In this document: positions 61,195-64,000 of the stretch, in pieces
Layout of the letters: every line of letters begins with the position of its first letter
How positions within the stretch are numbered: position 1 is the first letter of the stretch
Assembly (NCBI GenBank): GCA_002633005.1
Contig: NMRA01000179.1
Location: 581,247 to 645,246, forward strand
Reading direction: 5' to 3'
From: Phoronis australis
Lineage: Eukaryota; Animalia; Phoronida
DNA: 64,000 nt
Translations under genes and position numbers: made by a program
The notes under the pieces: generated by a model
Told to the model about the DNA's origin: nothing
Database searches by the model: none
The model's input: only the letters and a program-made list of their open reading frames with translations

Positions 61195-63145
61195 TTGTCA
61201 GATGTCGGCAAACTGCAAATTTGCGTCTTACGTTCATATTTAATCATGAATGTTGTTTTAACGCCTCATGACGGAGAAAAAGGTAATTCCATTGGCGTAG
61301 GTTTGTACTATTTAAGAAACGATGTATTTAAAATCGCGTTCATCATGATGATATTGTACGGAAACTGGATTAAAGGAGTTTTGAACGCCGAATGCTTTTG
61401 TGGTGCATTAGAAAAATGCCATCTTATAATGAGTATTCAAAATGAATATTCGTACTCATAAATGATATCGTAAACAATTAGCGCCAGTTACAATACTTTT
61501 GGGAAATTCGTATCGCGATGTACACTTAAAGTACATGTATCACAAAGTGACACGTAGTCTTAGATAATGACTCTATTCAAACTTTGACTTTCTGAAGACG
61601 TTTAAAAATATTTTGTAAGAGCAAACTTTGTTCCCATTACCGGGAAATAGATTACTACTTTAGAAAAAGCAGAAAGAGTGGTGTCATGCTTTTTATACGT
61701 CTCTTTTTCTATGTCCGTTTTTTTGTCTTGTATTGCGTCGGTTGCATGAGGCTGAGTTGAATAGCATTGAACTGCATTGTACTACAACCATCATTTCTAC
61801 TGCACATGTTCTGCAATAAAAAAATTAGTTGGTATGTGTTAAACTGACTACTGCATATGCTGAGCAGGAGAGGGCGCTGTAAACAGCAACATTAACCAAG
61901 CACAAGTTGAGAAATCCGTTTCTGGTACCCGCGGTAGATGCAGATTGTACATCTGCCGAGGATATCAAAGAACAAAATAGGCCGTTAAAACGGTTCACCC
62001 AAGTTACACAAGCTGTCCATGTGAATATGGTTACGAAAAGACAGATAATGAAATTTAGTTTGTTTGTTTATACGCATAACACGCGTCACGGTATTTTCCG
62101 CAGTATTCCCAAGGGTCTGGAAAAATAATCAAATTGTCGAGGATTTAACCACTTACTTGTAGCCTGGAAATTGAAAAATGTGCATATTATGTAGCGCGGA
62201 GACCTGACTTAAGCTTGTTTGTGATCTATATTTCCACGCAGGTTTAATATTTGAATATTATGCTCCGCTTGTTTTTAAAAAAATCGATGTCGTGTTGAAA
62301 AGTATCATTTGGCAATAGATGTAAATAAAACTGGTTTGTGTTAAATTTGGTTTTATACTTATTTGAATTAAAGCGAAGTCCAATTATTGAAAGATTATAT
62401 GTAAATTGTCTGCGAGCAATGTGACTAGAGATAGTCTTTCTGGTCTGATTAATGGTTTATTTAAGTCAACATTTACGAATAAAATACAAATAACATGAAG
62501 TACTGGGTAAACGTACACAATATGAAGGAGGAATGACTCCATGTTTGACATTCTTACATATTCTACGGAATATTAGTTGTAACTCATACCGGCTTGTGCC
62601 CAACATAATAAAGTTTGGTTATTTCTACCTGGTATTTCAATTCACAGTTTTTGTTGAAGAGAAGATTATAATTTTGAAGGAAATAATGGCAAGAGCCAGA
62701 GGTATATGAAAAAACGAAATGACTTTGTGGTAGAACGAGACCAAGACTATTTAACTGAACTGCACCAGCCTTTGTTCTGCTGTGTCTGTTTTACCTAGGC
62801 ATTTCAAAAAAAAACAACAAATTTTAACTAAAATTTCACGGAAAACACATTTTGCCATGAGCATATGAATAAATGAAAGGTTCTAATACTTCATTAACTA
62901 TACGCAAATCAACTTTTCAACTAAATTTCAAAGTGGTATATTGGATTCTTGCAACAAACGTGCGAGGCTAAAATGAGTTGTAAATAATGGGTCGGCCAAT
63001 TATCTAAAATTTGGCACGGTAAGAAACCCCATTTGATTGGGATGTTGTCACAATTCGCGAAAGAAATGGTAAAAACGCTGTACGGCCAATTTCTTGCATT
63101 AGTTCAACTAATGCGTCCTGCTGTTTTTGCTTTTGTACCAATCAG

Positions 63146-63426
63146 GGCCCGGTTTCCAATCTCCTTACTCAGACTCGAATCATGCTCAAACTCACACATC
63201 ATACTCAACTCGAGTACAGACTCAGCCTTGGTGTATTCAATGTCATACTCGAAAAATCTGTACTCGAAATTTCGAGCACGTACTCAGTTTTCGAGTGTAC
63301 TCGAACTGAAGTGTATCTCTTCTACATTTCGAGTACGATGTTGAGTAAAAATTTGGAGTCTATGCTTAAATTTCAAGTTTGGTATGGCAGTGTGCTTGAA
63401 ATCGTACTCGAAAATAAATACGAGCC
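63146..63426. mobile_element. MITE with internal TACTCGA/TCGAGTA repeats (PIF/Harbinger-like ends)
   Basis: GGCCCGGTTT ... AATACGAGCC termini with many tactcga motifs in both orientations. Confidence 0.55.
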
Positions 63427-64000
63427 AGAGAACAAAATATCGAAAGGGAACCAAGAAACACAGCAAATCTAAAAAAATAATTCCTCTTATCGTATCTCAG
63501 CACTTCATCTTAAGTTCAGAGATAATAGTTTTCATCTTAAATCTTCTTATTCTTCACCTTATTAACCCGCCGTATCACTGCATGTTATGGCCGCCATTCT
63601 ACCTCTACAATTCCTGGCAACAGGCGCATTGTAATACCTTGTCGGCGAGTCATAACAAGCGTCGAAAGCAGTTGTGGGAAAAGTCGTGTGAGAAGTTTGT
63701 GCTGCCCTTATTTAGGTATGTGTGCCTACGTTTTGTAGGGTTACCAAAAGACGAGGAGGGGAGGGAAGTTAAAAAAAGTTCGCTTCCCTGTCAGGTACAT
63801 TTCTCATCATAACTTAGTCATCTATAATTCCTCAATCCCCAAATGGAATTCCAGATTTTTTTTGCCGATTTCTAAGTAGACGTCTCGTCCCGTTCACTGC
63901 CACTGGTGAACTCTGAATGCCTGCACAAGTATTGTTTTTTAACTCTCGTGCCAAATGTCAACTCACTTTATACATCCCGGTAAAATACAAAGATACAGTA

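Noticed and set aside
63033-63812. Cluster of 60-142 aa ORFs
   Set aside because: They overlap a MITE and AT-rich sequence, mostly with non-ATG starts and no domains or splice logic.

Overview
Eukaryotic, AT-rich, repeat-dense genomic DNA, most likely from a marine invertebrate (lophotrochozoan-like; inferred from repeat types and gene families). Most ORFs in the track are spurious. Two spliced genes can be reconstructed, both on the minus strand. (1) A secreted mosaic lectin-like protein: signal-peptide exon 27128-27065, PAN/apple exons 21081-20839 and 12710-12465, SUEL/Gal_lectin-like exon 6757-6470, and a C-type-lectin N-half exon 4250-4092. All introns are phase 1 and the 3' end was not found. 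(2) An IGFBP N-terminal (IB) domain protein of about 217 aa with a non-canonical C-terminus (60556-60189, 59322-59183, 56200-56055) and a TATA box. Introns and the ~28 kb gene-free interval hold decayed DIRS, L1/Tx1, RTEX-like and Academ-like elements, a Helentron/HINE-type element, Helitron ends and many MITEs. The most unusual signals are: a near-perfect 386-bp fold-back element built from a flip-flop array of 51-bp GC hairpins, with a covarying sister copy 55 kb away; a head-to-head palindromic pair of tRNA-like Pol III units; a cluster of CTCF-like motifs; and about 45 copies of the palindrome TACATGTA.
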